In this document: piece after piece, positions 38,721 to 49,668 of the stretch
Position numbering within the stretch: position 1 is the stretch's first letter
How the letters are laid out: the number at the start of each line of letters is the position of its first letter
Position numbers and translations under genes: made by a program
Assembly (NCBI GenBank): GCA_027488905.1
Contig: JAIYAT010000010.1
Span: forward strand, 213,061 to 277,060
Reading direction: 5' to 3'
DNA from: Bacteroidota bacterium
Lineage (GTDB): Bacteria > Bacteroidota > Bacteroidia > UKL13-3
Length of the DNA stretch: 64,000 nt
Notes under the pieces: generated by a model
What the model was told of the DNA's origin: nothing
What the model saw: only the letters and a program-made list of their open reading frames with translations
The model's database searches: none

Positions 38721-41033
38721 ATGAATAAATTAGGTCTGTTTTTCTTTTTAACGCTCTACTATTTCCAAATCAATGCCCAAATAGCAAATGAAGCTTGGAG
38801 AGTGCATTTGCCTTATCAATCCAATAATGCAATAACTACTGTTGGATCAAAACTTTATGCTGGCTCGGCAAGCGGCTTGTTTGTTGCAGATATTTCAACA
38901 GGCGAAATAGAGCGACTTTCCAAAATTCAGGGATATTCAGATGTGGAGGTAAAATTTGTAAAGCACCAAGTTGATTTGGGTCAAACCTTAGTAATTTACC
39001 AAAATGCCAACATAGATATCATTGATCATAAATTAAATAGAATTGTAAATATTCCTGATATCTTGATGAAGCAAATCATTGGAGAGAAAACAATTAATGG
39101 ATTTTGCTTCTATGAAAGTCGCGTTTACCTAGCTTGTAGCTTTGGCATTGTAGTTATAGATTTAAACAAAAAGCAAATCATAGATTCATATCAAAATCTT
39201 GGAGCCGGCGGGAGTAATTTGGCATTTGATGCAGTGAGTATTTTTCAAGGTTCTATTTATGCATCTGCTGCAGATGGTATTTATAAAGCCTCGCTAACTG
39301 CAAGCAACCTGAGCGATTTTAATTTTTGGGTAAAGGAAATAAATTCAACAGGGAACAAATTTAGCCAAGTTTTCAAGGGTAATTTATTTGCTCAAGTAGA
39401 TTCTGTAATTAAAGTTTATGATGGTTTTACTTGGAATAATTACTTGCCTTCTCAAGGGTTATCAGTTAAGAATTTGCAACTAGCAATTTACACCAATAAC
39501 AATGCGCTACCCAATAAACTTTTGGTTATTTCCAATGAGAAAATATTGGTAGAAGATGGGGGTAATGCCACTTGGTTTGTAAATGAGGCCTTTAGAACAG
39601 ATGCCACACTCGACAACAAAGGCCGAATTGCTATGGTGGATGGAAGTTTTGGAATTACAATTCATAACAAAAATGATAATTCATTAGACTACTACACACC
39701 TAACGGGCCTAAATCTAAAACGTTTGCTAAAATGCTGTATGAATCTGGAAAACTCTGGGTTTGTGGTGGATCTGTAAATGATAGGTGGGATCCTTTGGTA
39801 TTTAATAATTCTAAGTTTTACCAATTTAAGCAAAATAATTGGTTAAATTATGAGGAAGAAAAACAGCCATTACTTAAAGACATTAAAGATATAATTGATG
39901 TAAAGAAAAGTCCAATCAATGGCGAATTATACTTTTCGAGTTTTGGCAATGGAATTCTAGAAGTTAAAAATGATGCGGTGGTAAACCATTGGAAGGAATC
40001 TAATTCTACGCTTCAACGTTTAGATGTGGGGATTCCAGGGTATAACCCATTGTTAACGGGCGGATTAGACTTTGATAACAATGGTAATTTATGGGTAAGT
40101 AACTATGGTGTAAATAAACCTTTGAGTGTTAAAACCCCTGCAGGAGATTGGTTTTCATTTAATATCGGAACATTGGTAGGAAATAATGAATTGGGATGGC
40201 TTACTTGCGATGACTTCAATAATAAATGGGTTACCACTTTGCGTGATAAAGGAATATTAGTCTACAATGACAATGGTACCCCAGCTAATGTCAATGATGA
40301 TAAGTTCAAAATTATAAATAAGGAAGTAGGGCAAGGTGCTTTACCAGGAAATTCGGTCCTTTGTATCAGCAAAGATCTTAATGGTGAGATGTGGATAGGA
40401 ACTACCCAAGGATTAGCAATAATTAGTAATCCTAATCAAATTTTTGGTTCAGACAAAGAAGATTTTGATGCTCGTCAAATCATCATCAAAGTTGGTAGTA
40501 ATTATGAGATTTTTCTTGGCAAAGAACAAATTAACTGCATTAAAGTAGACCCTGCCAACCGAAAATGGATTGGCACTCCCAATGGTGTTTGGTTGATTTC
40601 TGAAGATGGGTATACAGTTTTAAGGAATTTTACAACTGTCAATGCGCCATTATTATCAAACAACGTAATGGAAATTGGAATTGATGAAAGCACTGGAGAA
40701 GTATTTTTTGGAACAGAAAAAGGCATTATCTCTTATATGGGTGATGCCACAAATGGCGCTACAGAATTTGGTAAAGTAGAGATATTCCCAAATCCTGTTA
40801 AGCCAGATTATACAGGTAACGTTTCTATTCGCGGTTTAATTGATAATTGCATAGTTAAAATTACAGATATAGCTGGCAACTTGGTCTATGAAACCACTTC
40901 TAATGGAGGCTTTGCGATTTGGAATGGCAATAATTTCAATGGCAGGCGAGTAGCTACAGGTGTTTATATTATTTTTGCAGCTAGTAAGGATGGGTCAAAA
41001 ACCTATTCTGGAAAAATCTTGTTTATAAATTAA
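38721..41033 (+). CDS. T9SS CTD protein with beta-propeller repeats (PorZ-like candidate)
   Basis: Signal peptide (start set at MNKLGLFFF), repeated propeller-blade-like segments, and a C-terminal Por_Secre_tail (…VEIFPNPVKPDYTGNVSIRGL…KILFIN). ~770 aa, as for PorZ. Confidence 0.5.
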   Translation: MNKLGLFFFLTLYYFQINAQIANEAWRVHLPYQSNNAITTVGSKLYAGSASGLFVADISTGEIERLSKIQGYSDVEVKFVKHQVDLGQTLVIYQNANIDIIDHKLNRIVNIPDILMKQIIGEKTINGFCFYESRVYLACSFGIVVIDLNKKQIIDSYQNLGAGGSNLAFDAVSIFQGSIYASAADGIYKASLTASNLSDFNFWVKEINSTGNKFSQVFKGNLFAQVDSVIKVYDGFTWNNYLPSQGLSVKNLQLAIYTNNNALPNKLLVISNEKILVEDGGNATWFVNEAFRTDATLDNKGRIAMVDGSFGITIHNKNDNSLDYYTPNGPKSKTFAKMLYESGKLWVCGGSVNDRWDPLVFNNSKFYQFKQNNWLNYEEEKQPLLKDIKDIIDVKKSPINGELYFSSFGNGILEVKNDAVVNHWKESNSTLQRLDVGIPGYNPLLTGGLDFDNNGNLWVSNYGVNKPLSVKTPAGDWFSFNIGTLVGNNELGWLTCDDFNNKWVTTLRDKGILVYNDNGTPANVNDDKFKIINKEVGQGALPGNSVLCISKDLNGEMWIGTTQGLAIISNPNQIFGSDKEDFDARQIIIKVGSNYEIFLGKEQINCIKVDPANRKWIGTPNGVWLISEDGYTVLRNFTTVNAPLLSNNVMEIGIDESTGEVFFGTEKGIISYMGDATNGATEFGKVEIFPNPVKPDYTGNVSIRGLIDNCIVKITDIAGNLVYETTSNGGFAIWNGNNFNGRRVATGVYIIFAASKDGSKTYSGKILFIN

Positions 41034-41034
41034 A

Positions 41035-42033
41035 ATGAAAGCAGCAGTTTTACATGGAATAAACCAACCCTTTGTTTTTCAAGACTTTGAAAATCCAATT
41101 GTAGGTGAGGATGAATATTTGGTTCAAATTAAACATGCGGCACTTAACCATAGAGATGTTTGGATTCAAAAGGGTCAATATGCAGGTTTATCCTTTCCTA
41201 TTGTATGCGGAAGCGATGGCTGTGGTATTGTTGTTTCGGGTGGTTCTGCCACAAATAGTAATTGGGTTAGTAAAGAGGTAATCATTAATCCTTCCTTAAA
41301 TTGGGGTGAAAACCCTCGTGTTCAAAACAAGGATTATGTAATTTTAGGCTTACCACATCATGGCACATTTGCAGAGTATGTTAAAATAAAGGCAGATTTA
41401 GTGTATGAGAAACCTGCTCATTTAAGTTCAGAATCTGCTGCTGCTTTGCCATTAGCAGGATTAACAGCTTGGAGAGCACTCATGGGAAGGGCTAAAGCCA
41501 AAAGTGGAGAAACAGTTTTAGTTACTGGAATAGGCGGTGGCGTAGCCTTGTTTGCCGCGCAATTTGCTATGGCAAACGGGTGCAAGGTTTTTGTAAGCAG
41601 CGGAAGCGATGAAAAATTAGCTACTGCGAAGCAATTGGGATTTGATGGGATTGCAAATTATAAAACCCAAGATTGGCATAAAGCTTTGGCAAAAGAAAGC
41701 GGTGGTTTTGATGTAATTGTTGATGGGGCTGGCGGTTCAGATTTTTCAAAACTTATAGACCTTGCCAAACCAGGTGGAAGAATTGCTGTATATGGTGCCA
41801 CTGCCGGAAATTTAAACATAGGAGTACCCGCAAAAATATTTTGGAAGCAACTGGATATTCTTGGTTCAACCATGGGAACAAATGAAGAGTTTTCAGATAT
41901 GTTGCAGTTTGTTTCACTCCATAAATTGGTGCCAAGCGTTTCTAAAGTTTTCGGTTTGAACCAATGCGAAGCGGCTGCAAGATTTATGGATGAGGGACAA
42001 CAATTTGGTAAGATTATTTTAGAGATAAACTAA
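41035..42033 (+). CDS. Zinc-type alcohol dehydrogenase / quinone oxidoreductase (MDR family)
   Basis: GxGxxG Rossmann motif (VTGIGGGVALFAAQFA) and MDR catalytic-domain layout. Confidence 0.8.
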   Translation: MKAAVLHGINQPFVFQDFENPIVGEDEYLVQIKHAALNHRDVWIQKGQYAGLSFPIVCGSDGCGIVVSGGSATNSNWVSKEVIINPSLNWGENPRVQNKDYVILGLPHHGTFAEYVKIKADLVYEKPAHLSSESAAALPLAGLTAWRALMGRAKAKSGETVLVTGIGGGVALFAAQFAMANGCKVFVSSGSDEKLATAKQLGFDGIANYKTQDWHKALAKESGGFDVIVDGAGGSDFSKLIDLAKPGGRIAVYGATAGNLNIGVPAKIFWKQLDILGSTMGTNEEFSDMLQFVSLHKLVPSVSKVFGLNQCEAAARFMDEGQQFGKIILEIN

Positions 42034-42064
42034 ATATAAATAAAGGTGTTTATTTTGCATCACA

Positions 42065-43018
42065 ATGAAAGTAACAGAACGAATTAAAGCTTCAGACGAA
42101 ACGCTCTTCTCAATTGAGATTTTGCCACCCTTAAAGGGGAAAGACATTAACTTCATATACGCCGGTATAGATCCTTTGATGGAATTTAAACCAGCCTTTA
42201 TAGATGTTACCTACCACCGCGAAGAATTTGTTTTAAGAAAACGCAAAGATGGCGGGTTTGATAAAGTTTTTACAAGGAAACGACCAGGAACCGTTGCAAT
42301 TTGTGCGGCTCTCATGAACAAATACCACGTAGATACAGTTCCACATTTAATATGTGGCGGATTTAGCAAAGAGGAAACCGAGAATGCTTTAATTGATTTA
42401 CATTTCTTGGGAATTGATAATGTGTTGGTTCTTAGAGGTGATAATATTAAAAACGAATCCAATTTTGTGCCAGAGCCAGATGGAAATAAAACCTCTTTAG
42501 AATTGTTGAACCAGGTTGTTTCGATGAATCACGGAAAATTTCTAGATGAAGAAATTGAAAATGCAACGGCCTCAGACTTTTGCATTGGTGTTTCTGGTTA
42601 CCCAGAAAAGCATTTCGAAGCACCAAACATGCACAACGATTTGAAATGGCTAAAGCAAAAAGTTGATGCAGGGGCGGATTATATAGTTACACAAATGTTT
42701 TTTGACAACACAAAGTATTTTGCCTTTGTGGAGTCTTGCAAAAAAGCAGGTATAACCATTCCTATCATTCCAGGTCTCAAGCCGCTTACCTCAAAGAAGC
42801 AGTTGACAATACTGCCAAAAGTGTTTCATATTGATATGCCTCAAGAATTGGTAGAAGCAGTTGAAGCCTGCAAAGATGACAAAGCTGTTAAGCAGGTTGG
42901 AATTGAATGGGCTATTGAACAAAGTAAAATTTTAAAAGCAGCTAAGGTGCCCGTTTTGCATTATTATACAATGGGTGTTGGAGAGGTAACAAGGCAAATC
43001 GCATCAAAAGTTTTCTAA
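42065..43018 (+). CDS. metF: 5,10-methylenetetrahydrofolate reductase
   Basis: N-terminus SIEILPPLKG… and TIM-barrel MTHFR pattern. 317 aa. Confidence 0.85.
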   Translation: MKVTERIKASDETLFSIEILPPLKGKDINFIYAGIDPLMEFKPAFIDVTYHREEFVLRKRKDGGFDKVFTRKRPGTVAICAALMNKYHVDTVPHLICGGFSKEETENALIDLHFLGIDNVLVLRGDNIKNESNFVPEPDGNKTSLELLNQVVSMNHGKFLDEEIENATASDFCIGVSGYPEKHFEAPNMHNDLKWLKQKVDAGADYIVTQMFFDNTKYFAFVESCKKAGITIPIIPGLKPLTSKKQLTILPKVFHIDMPQELVEAVEACKDDKAVKQVGIEWAIEQSKILKAAKVPVLHYYTMGVGEVTRQIASKVF

Positions 43019-43761
43019 TGAGTGAAATGGAAATTCCAGTTGAACCTTGGATGGGCCGAACAGAACTCCTCTTAGGAAATGAAAGGCTCAAGAAATTAGT
43101 AAATTCAAATGTTTTGGTGGTAGGTTTAGGTGGAGTAGGTGGAATTGCTGCAGAAATGATAGCGAGGAGTGGGGTTGGAAAAATGACCATAGTAGATGCA
43201 GATACGGTTGATCCAACCAATCGCAATCGCCAGATACCAGCATTAAAAAGTACTGAAGGGCTTGTAAAAGCAGAAGTGTTGGCAGATAGATTATTAGATA
43301 TCAATCCCAATTTGCAGCTTAAAGTAATCCCTGCTTATTTTAGAGACCAACTTACAATGGATGTTTTGGATAGCGATAAGTATGATTACGCGTTAGATTG
43401 TATAGATACTTTGTCACCCAAAGTTTATTATATTAAAGCTTGTATTGAAAGGGGAATTCCGATTGTAAGCAGCATGGGTGCAGGCTCTAAGGTAGACCCA
43501 ACGCAAGTTAGAGTTGCAGATATTTCAGAAACATATAATTGTCATTTGGCTAGATACACCAGAAAATATTTGCACAGACTTGGAGTTTATAACGGGGTAA
43601 AAGCCGTATTTTCACCAGAGCAAAGAATGGCCTTTTCAGGAGTTATGTTGATGCAAGCCAATAATAAGAAATCAGCGGTAGGTACCATTAGCTATATGCC
43701 AACAGTATTTGGTTGTACAGTGGCTTCGGTTGCAATTAGGGATTTATACAATAGAAAATAA
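43018..43761 (+). CDS. tcdA: tRNA threonylcarbamoyladenosine dehydratase (ThiF/MoeB fold)
   Basis: VLVVGLGGVGG…TIVDADTVDPTNRNRQ nucleotide-binding motif. Confidence 0.8.
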   Translation: MSEMEIPVEPWMGRTELLLGNERLKKLVNSNVLVVGLGGVGGIAAEMIARSGVGKMTIVDADTVDPTNRNRQIPALKSTEGLVKAEVLADRLLDINPNLQLKVIPAYFRDQLTMDVLDSDKYDYALDCIDTLSPKVYYIKACIERGIPIVSSMGAGSKVDPTQVRVADISETYNCHLARYTRKYLHRLGVYNGVKAVFSPEQRMAFSGVMLMQANNKKSAVGTISYMPTVFGCTVASVAIRDLYNRK

Positions 43762-44955
43762 TTAAGCTTCCTTACCAAGCTTTTTACTTTTTCTTTGGAA
43801 AAAGAACAATAAGTTTAATAGGATTCTTAGCAGTTGAAAACTAAAGAAGTTTCTCATTCTAATGATTCGCGAATCTTTATCACTATAAGCCTTTACTTCA
43901 ATTTTATTACTTAGTGGTAAAGTATAGGATAACAGCTCAGATTTACATTGAGAAGCAACCAATTCGTTTCTTATTTCTACATTACATTCAATGCTTCCAA
44001 AATCGCTTAAATGATTGAGGTTGTATGAGCCAATGCACATCCAATTGTCATCTGCAAAGGCAAGTTTTGCATGCAGCACGCTTTCTTTATATTCATAGAT
44101 GGTTACACCAGCTTTTAGCAGATCATTATAAAAAAACTCACTTGCGTATTTAACAAGTTGAACATCGGATTGTCCACCAAGTATTAAATTGACGCTAACC
44201 TTTCTATTTGCTGCTTTCTTTAATAATCTGAGTAAAGCATTTGAGGGAACAAAGTAGCTGTTAATAATCCATAACTCTTTTTTGCAGAACCTTGTTTGTG
44301 CTTTATACTGCTTGCTAATGCCAAATTTACCTTTCAACCAGTTATTTTCTAATACACGTATATGGTTTTGTTCTTGGTTTGAACCAAGCTCCGAAGGTAT
44401 AAGTGATTTGATTGGTTCAAACCGAACCCTTTTAAACCTATTACCAGTTTTTTGACAAATTCTATGGAGGTCTTTTGTTATCTCTCCAGAAAGTTTGATG
44501 GCAAAATCGAGCCAGGGTTTATTCCCTTCATAACCGCTATAATGATTAGCAATGTTTATTCCACCAATTAATGCAATATTTCTATCAAAAACCATGATTT
44601 TATGGTGAAGGCGCATGCCCAAAGGTTGTTTGCTCCATAATTTAAAAGGAGAATAAAACGCTATGCGTAAATTTGGATGGAGCTGATTTTGAGTTAAAGA
44701 TAAAAAATTAGAACTGCCATAAGCATCAAGGTGTAAACTTACTAAAACGCCTCTCTTAGCAGCATCTTCCAAGGCTTCCCAAATTTTTTTTCCTGTTGTA
44801 TCCCATTCAAAAATGTAGACTTGAAATTGGATTTCGGATTTAGAGTTATGAATACAATCAAGCAGTTCTTCAAAGAAATGAGCACCACTTTGAAGAAATT
44901 TTGTTTGGTTGAAACTCCTCCAAGGGTAGATTCCAATTTTGAACCGCCAATTCAC
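43762..44955 (-). CDS. Phospholipase-D-family protein with two HKD motifs (cardiolipin-synthase-B-like)
   Basis: LHHKIMVFD…GGINIAN and LHAKLAFAD…GSYNLN HxK(x)4D motifs. No N-terminal TM. 4-nt overlap with the upstream histidine kinase gene. Confidence 0.75.
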   Translation of the reverse strand: MNWRFKIGIYPWRSFNQTKFLQSGAHFFEELLDCIHNSKSEIQFQVYIFEWDTTGKKIWEALEDAAKRGVLVSLHLDAYGSSNFLSLTQNQLHPNLRIAFYSPFKLWSKQPLGMRLHHKIMVFDRNIALIGGINIANHYSGYEGNKPWLDFAIKLSGEITKDLHRICQKTGNRFKRVRFEPIKSLIPSELGSNQEQNHIRVLENNWLKGKFGISKQYKAQTRFCKKELWIINSYFVPSNALLRLLKKAANRKVSVNLILGGQSDVQLVKYASEFFYNDLLKAGVTIYEYKESVLHAKLAFADDNWMCIGSYNLNHLSDFGSIECNVEIRNELVASQCKSELLSYTLPLSNKIEVKAYSDKDSRIIRMRNFFSFQLLRILLNLLFFFQRKSKKLGKEA

Positions 44956-44957
44956 AT

Positions 44958-46358
44958 TTAGATTGATATTGATTTAGTGATGTTTTTCCCTTTTTTAAGG
45001 TTTTTTAATGTTACACAAACGGTGGTGCCTTTGCCAATATTAGATTCAATTTCAACTTCACCTTGATGCATTTCAACTGTTTTCTTTACTAGAGAAAGGC
45101 CAATTCCATAGCCATGTACATTTCTAGTTTCGTTTGAACGGAAAAAGGGTTCAAAAATGTGCGGTAAATCTGTTTTTGAAATACCTGGCCCATTATCTGA
45201 AATGATTATTTTTATTTGCTCTTCTTCAAATACTAAATCTACCCAGCATGATTTATCCTCCGCAAATTTACAGGCATTTTCTGCTAGGTTAATAAATACT
45301 GATTTTAACAAAGAGAAGTCGCCTTTAATTTTAATTTGTTCTTCATTATCAGGGAACTCTTTAAGATTTAATTTAATTTTATATTGAGGTTTTCGCTTTT
45401 TAATTTCTTCCTTTGTCTCAAGAAAAACTTCAATTACGGAAATTTCTTTGAAAGTTACATTTGGAAAGTTAGCATTTGCCTTGGCCAATTCATTTAATCC
45501 ATTAATTAGTTCTATTTGATTTTCAATGTCTTCAAGAAGGGAATTAAAAGTATTTTCATATTCATCAATTGTTCTCTTTTTTAACAAGGTAACTTCAATT
45601 TGGCCTTTCATAGAGGTTAGCGGAGTTCTAAACTCATGAGATGCATTTGCTACAAACATCTTTTGAAGAAAAAAGGAACGTTCGATTCTCTCAAGCATTT
45701 TGTTAAAGTTGATAGCTAATAAAGCAATTTCGTCTTTACCGTTGCCTTCATGTACTCGTTTATGAAGATTAGTTTCGTTTATTTTATCTACTTGATTAAT
45801 TACAGCTTTGATAGGGCTTAATGCATTTTTCGAAAAAATCCAACCTGTAATTGCTGCTAAAATAATACCAGCAAAATTTAAAATTACTAACAGGGATTGT
45901 AGGAAGGAAAGTTTTTGTTTTCCAGCTTTATCAACAGCACTGTTTACAATATAATAGTTTTTTCCATCTATATTAGATAAGAAGGCCACATATTCAACAT
46001 CCTTGTCATTTATACTAATTTCTTTTTTAACTTGCAGCAAGTTGTTTAACAAATTTAGTTCAACATCATTTGGATTGTGAGAACTGAAAATAATATTTTT
46101 TATTGAATCAGCTATGATTAAACGTTCATTTGGAAATCTTGTTAATTGTTCCTGATAAATAATTTTTAAAACATCAGAAGTTACAAAATTCTTTTCTAAA
46201 TAACTTTTAGCGACTTTTTCTGCAACCCCTTGAATTCTATCTGTAAAAGCGTTTTTTCTGAAAATTTCTGAAAATTCATAAGTGAAAATTGAAAATACCA
46301 ATAAGATTGCTGCAACAATTCCCGTAAATTTTAGAGTTAGTGAGGTTTTTATATTCAT
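44958..46358 (-). CDS. Sensor histidine kinase with periplasmic sensor domain
   Basis: Two TM helices flanking a ~150-aa loop. H-box ASHEFRTPLTSM and N/G boxes. Confidence 0.85.
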   Translation of the reverse strand: MNIKTSLTLKFTGIVAAILLVFSIFTYEFSEIFRKNAFTDRIQGVAEKVAKSYLEKNFVTSDVLKIIYQEQLTRFPNERLIIADSIKNIIFSSHNPNDVELNLLNNLLQVKKEISINDKDVEYVAFLSNIDGKNYYIVNSAVDKAGKQKLSFLQSLLVILNFAGIILAAITGWIFSKNALSPIKAVINQVDKINETNLHKRVHEGNGKDEIALLAINFNKMLERIERSFFLQKMFVANASHEFRTPLTSMKGQIEVTLLKKRTIDEYENTFNSLLEDIENQIELINGLNELAKANANFPNVTFKEISVIEVFLETKEEIKKRKPQYKIKLNLKEFPDNEEQIKIKGDFSLLKSVFINLAENACKFAEDKSCWVDLVFEEEQIKIIISDNGPGISKTDLPHIFEPFFRSNETRNVHGYGIGLSLVKKTVEMHQGEVEIESNIGKGTTVCVTLKNLKKGKNITKSISI

Positions 46359-46369
46359 TTACATGCATT

Positions 46370-47044
46370 TTAGCTTTTAATTATATACCCCATGCCCACC
46401 ATAGTATGAATAATTTTTACCTCATAGTCTTTATCAATTTTCTTTCTCAAAAAATTAATGTAAACATCAATAACGTTTGTTGTAGTATCAAAATTTGTTG
46501 ACCATACATTTTCTAATATCTCATTTCTTGATATAACCCTGTTTTTATTTCGAATTAGATATTCTAACAACGAATATTCCTTTGCAGTTAAATCTATAGT
46601 TTTACCTCCTCTTCTTGCAACTTTTCTATTTAAGTCTAATTCTAAATCAAATAACTTTAAAGTATCATTGGCTTGAAAGTTTTCTACGTTTCTTTTCAAC
46701 AGCGCCCTTATACGAGCTAATAGTTCTTTGAAGTCGAATGGCTTCACTAAATAGTCATCTGCACCTGCCTCTAAGCCCTCTACCTTTTCATCCACTGTGC
46801 TTAAGGCCGTTAGTATCAATATTGGTGATTTTACCTCTGCATTTCTTAGTTCCCTTGCAACCTCAATTCCATTTTTATAAGGAATCATAATGTCCAAAAT
46901 AATTACATCATAAGAATTTTCAATTCCAAATTTAATTCCTAATAATCCGTCTGAAGCAATGGTTACTTCAAATTGGTGTTCTTCTAAACCTTGTTTTAAA
47001 AATGAGGCAACCTTAGGTTCATCCTCTATTACTAGAATCTTCAT
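46370..47044 (-). CDS. OmpR-family response regulator
   Basis: REC domain (DD…D…K) plus winged-helix C-terminus. Confidence 0.9.
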   Translation of the reverse strand: MKILVIEDEPKVASFLKQGLEEHQFEVTIASDGLLGIKFGIENSYDVIILDIMIPYKNGIEVARELRNAEVKSPILILTALSTVDEKVEGLEAGADDYLVKPFDFKELLARIRALLKRNVENFQANDTLKLFDLELDLNRKVARRGGKTIDLTAKEYSLLEYLIRNKNRVISRNEILENVWSTNFDTTTNVIDVYINFLRKKIDKDYEVKIIHTMVGMGYIIKS

Positions 47045-47116
47045 TCGTTAAAATTTTGGCTAAAATACATTCCAATTTTAACAATCGCATTAAACCGACA
47101 TTAACGTTTAAAAATA

Positions 47117-47458
47117 TTACCCACCAGCTTTTTTAGCCTTGTAATTTTCTTTGATTAACCAATTTAGAATTTTGTCTCGGCAATCTCCTTGAATAAGAAT
47201 CTCGCCATCCTTAGCCGTTCCGCCTGTTCCACATAGTTTCTTTAAGTTTTTGCTTAGTTCTTCTAAATCACCAGGCGTTCCAATAAAGCCAGTTAATCTG
47301 CTAACCATTTTCCCGCCACCTTTTCTATCAAGGTAGATTTTTAACTGCTGCTGTTGCGGTGGCAAGGTATCCAATTCGTTTCCAGGTTCGAACGAATAGG
47401 AAAAATTTTCGTCTGTGGAATACACCACGCCATCTTTCTTTTTGTTCTTGTTACTCAT
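47117..47458 (-). CDS. SUI1/YciH-family translation initiation factor
   Basis: 113 aa with [12 protein letters not shown]…GTGGT pattern of eIF1/SUI1. Confidence 0.8.
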   Translation of the reverse strand: MSNKNKKKDGVVYSTDENFSYSFEPGNELDTLPPQQQQLKIYLDRKGGGKMVSRLTGFIGTPGDLEELSKNLKKLCGTGGTAKDGEILIQGDCRDKILNWLIKENYKAKKAGG

Positions 47459-47518
47459 ACCGCAAGCAATTTAGTAATTATTACAAATACCCTCGCTGCT
47501 TTTATTATCTTCGAACCA

Positions 47519-48853
47519 ATGAATTGGAAAACATTGCTGCAACCCTTGCGAGAGGGTGATTTGGAGCCACGTAAACATGATCCTAAAAGTGAACGTTCTA
47601 TTTTTGAACAAGATTATGATAGAATTATTTTTTCAACACCTTTTAGGAGACTTCAAGATAAAACACAAGTTATTCCGTTGCCTGAACACGACTTTGTTCA
47701 CAACCGATTGACGCATAGCATCGAAGTAAGTAGTGTTGGCAGGACATTAGGGAAAATTGCTGGGAAGCAATTGCTTGAAGCCTATCCAGAAATTGAAAGT
47801 AATTTAAGTGTGCACGACCTTGGCGCTATTGTAGCTGCCGCCTCCCTTTCTCATGATATTGGAAATCCCCCCTTTGGTCACAGTGGAGAAGCTGCCATAG
47901 GCGAGTTCTTTTCTACTGGTAGAGGAAGAACCTATAAAAAGTATTTGTCTGAAAAAGAATGGGAAGACTTGATTTCTTTTGAAGGTAATGCAAATGGCTT
48001 TCGTATTTTAACAAATCCATATGCCAGTGGAAATGGAGGATTACGTCTTACTTACCCAACTTTAGCAGCATTTACAAAATATCCTAAATGCTCCTTGCCA
48101 AAAATTATTTCACCTAAGGCCAGTCAAAAAAAGTTTGGTTTTTTTCAATCTGAAGCTCCTATTTACGCTGGAGTTGCTCAAAAGTTAGGCATAGAAGCTG
48201 TTGAGTTAGGTTCAAACCAAGAATACCTTAGACATCCATTTGCATATTTAGTAGAAGCGGCTGATGATATTTGCTATCAAATTATAGATTTTGAAGACGG
48301 ACTTAGATTAGGTTGGGTTGATTTTACTTATGCAGAAAGCCTATTGATTAAAATCGCAGGAGAAAGCTTCTATGATAAAAATTATAATCAGCTCAATTCA
48401 AAGGAAGAAAAAGCTGGCTATTTAAGAGCGGTTGCCATTAATAACTTAGTCAAGGAAATGGCCGCTTTATTTATTAAACATGAAAAGCAGATGTTAGATG
48501 GCAGTTTTAATCAATCTTTGATGAGCTTAAGCCTTTTTGCTGACCCTTTGGCCGAAGTGAAAAAAATATCACTTGAGAAAATTTATAAAGCAAGACAAGT
48601 TCTAGAGATTGAAGCTGCCGGGTTTGAGGTCATTGGAGGATTGCTTGGCTTTTTTGTTGATGCTGTTTTAAATGAAAGACCGAGTCAACAAGAAAGAAAA
48701 ATGCTAGAATTAATCCCAACAGAAGTTAAAAATAAAGAAATGTCTGATTATTGTAAGTTACTTAACGTATGCAGTTACGTTGCTGGTTTAACTGATAAGC
48801 ATGCTATTAATTTGTATAGAAAATTAAAAGGTATTGAACTACCAAAGTGGTGA
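47519..48853 (+). CDS. dgt: dGTPase-like HD-domain triphosphohydrolase
   Basis: HSIEV…HDIGNPPFGH HD motif. Start set at MNWKTLL; the track ORF from 47354 overlaps the divergent SUI1 gene. Confidence 0.85.
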   Translation: MNWKTLLQPLREGDLEPRKHDPKSERSIFEQDYDRIIFSTPFRRLQDKTQVIPLPEHDFVHNRLTHSIEVSSVGRTLGKIAGKQLLEAYPEIESNLSVHDLGAIVAAASLSHDIGNPPFGHSGEAAIGEFFSTGRGRTYKKYLSEKEWEDLISFEGNANGFRILTNPYASGNGGLRLTYPTLAAFTKYPKCSLPKIISPKASQKKFGFFQSEAPIYAGVAQKLGIEAVELGSNQEYLRHPFAYLVEAADDICYQIIDFEDGLRLGWVDFTYAESLLIKIAGESFYDKNYNQLNSKEEKAGYLRAVAINNLVKEMAALFIKHEKQMLDGSFNQSLMSLSLFADPLAEVKKISLEKIYKARQVLEIEAAGFEVIGGLLGFFVDAVLNERPSQQERKMLELIPTEVKNKEMSDYCKLLNVCSYVAGLTDKHAINLYRKLKGIELPKW

Positions 48854-48945
48854 CAAACTTTCATAACTTTATGACGTTAATAATTTGGCATAGCTATTGA
48901 AACTCCCATTCAACTTAATATTTTTGAACCTAAACAAACACAAAC

Positions 48946-49635
48946 ATGAATTACGGAAAAGAATTTAGAAAGTATGCCATTAAACATGAAGGCATCAGTA
49001 GCATAAAAGTAGATGCCTACATTGAAAGCTCTATGGAAGGTATGACACGCACTGTTATTGAAGAACGCCCAATGAATTTTAGAGAGATTGATGTATTTTC
49101 GAGGTTGATGGCTGATAGAATCATTTTTCTTGGTATGCCAATCGACGATTATGTTGCTAATATTATTCAAGCACAACTTTTGTTCTTAGATTCAATGGAT
49201 GCTCGCAGAGACATTCAAATGTATATCAACTCTCCAGGTGGTTCTGTTTATGCGGGTTTAGGCATTTATGATACAATGCAATGGGTTAATCCAAGTGTGG
49301 CTACTATCTGCACTGGTTTAGCTGCATCCATGGGTGCCGTGCTATTATGCGCAGGAGCTGCAGGCAAAAGAAGTGCATTACCCCATGCGAGAGTAATGAT
49401 TCATCAACCACTTGGTGGAGCTCAAGGGCAAGCTTCAGATATTGAAATTACTGCTAGAGAAATTCAAAAGTTAAAAAAGGAATTATATGATATTATTTCA
49501 AACCATTCTGGTCAGCCATTTGATAAAGTTCAAGCAGATAGCGACCGTGATTATTGGATGATTGCGAGTGAAGCAAAAGAATATGGAATGATAGACGATG
49601 TTTTAACAAAACATAAGCCTGAAGAGAAGAAATAA
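48946..49635 (+). CDS. clpP: ATP-dependent Clp protease proteolytic subunit
   Basis: Catalytic Ser in GLAASMGA context, His and Asp present. Confidence 0.95.
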   Translation: MNYGKEFRKYAIKHEGISSIKVDAYIESSMEGMTRTVIEERPMNFREIDVFSRLMADRIIFLGMPIDDYVANIIQAQLLFLDSMDARRDIQMYINSPGGSVYAGLGIYDTMQWVNPSVATICTGLAASMGAVLLCAGAAGKRSALPHARVMIHQPLGGAQGQASDIEITAREIQKLKKELYDIISNHSGQPFDKVQADSDRDYWMIASEAKEYGMIDDVLTKHKPEEKK

Positions 49636-49668
49636 ATTTGCTTATTTGAGCTATCTTTGTAAACTATT

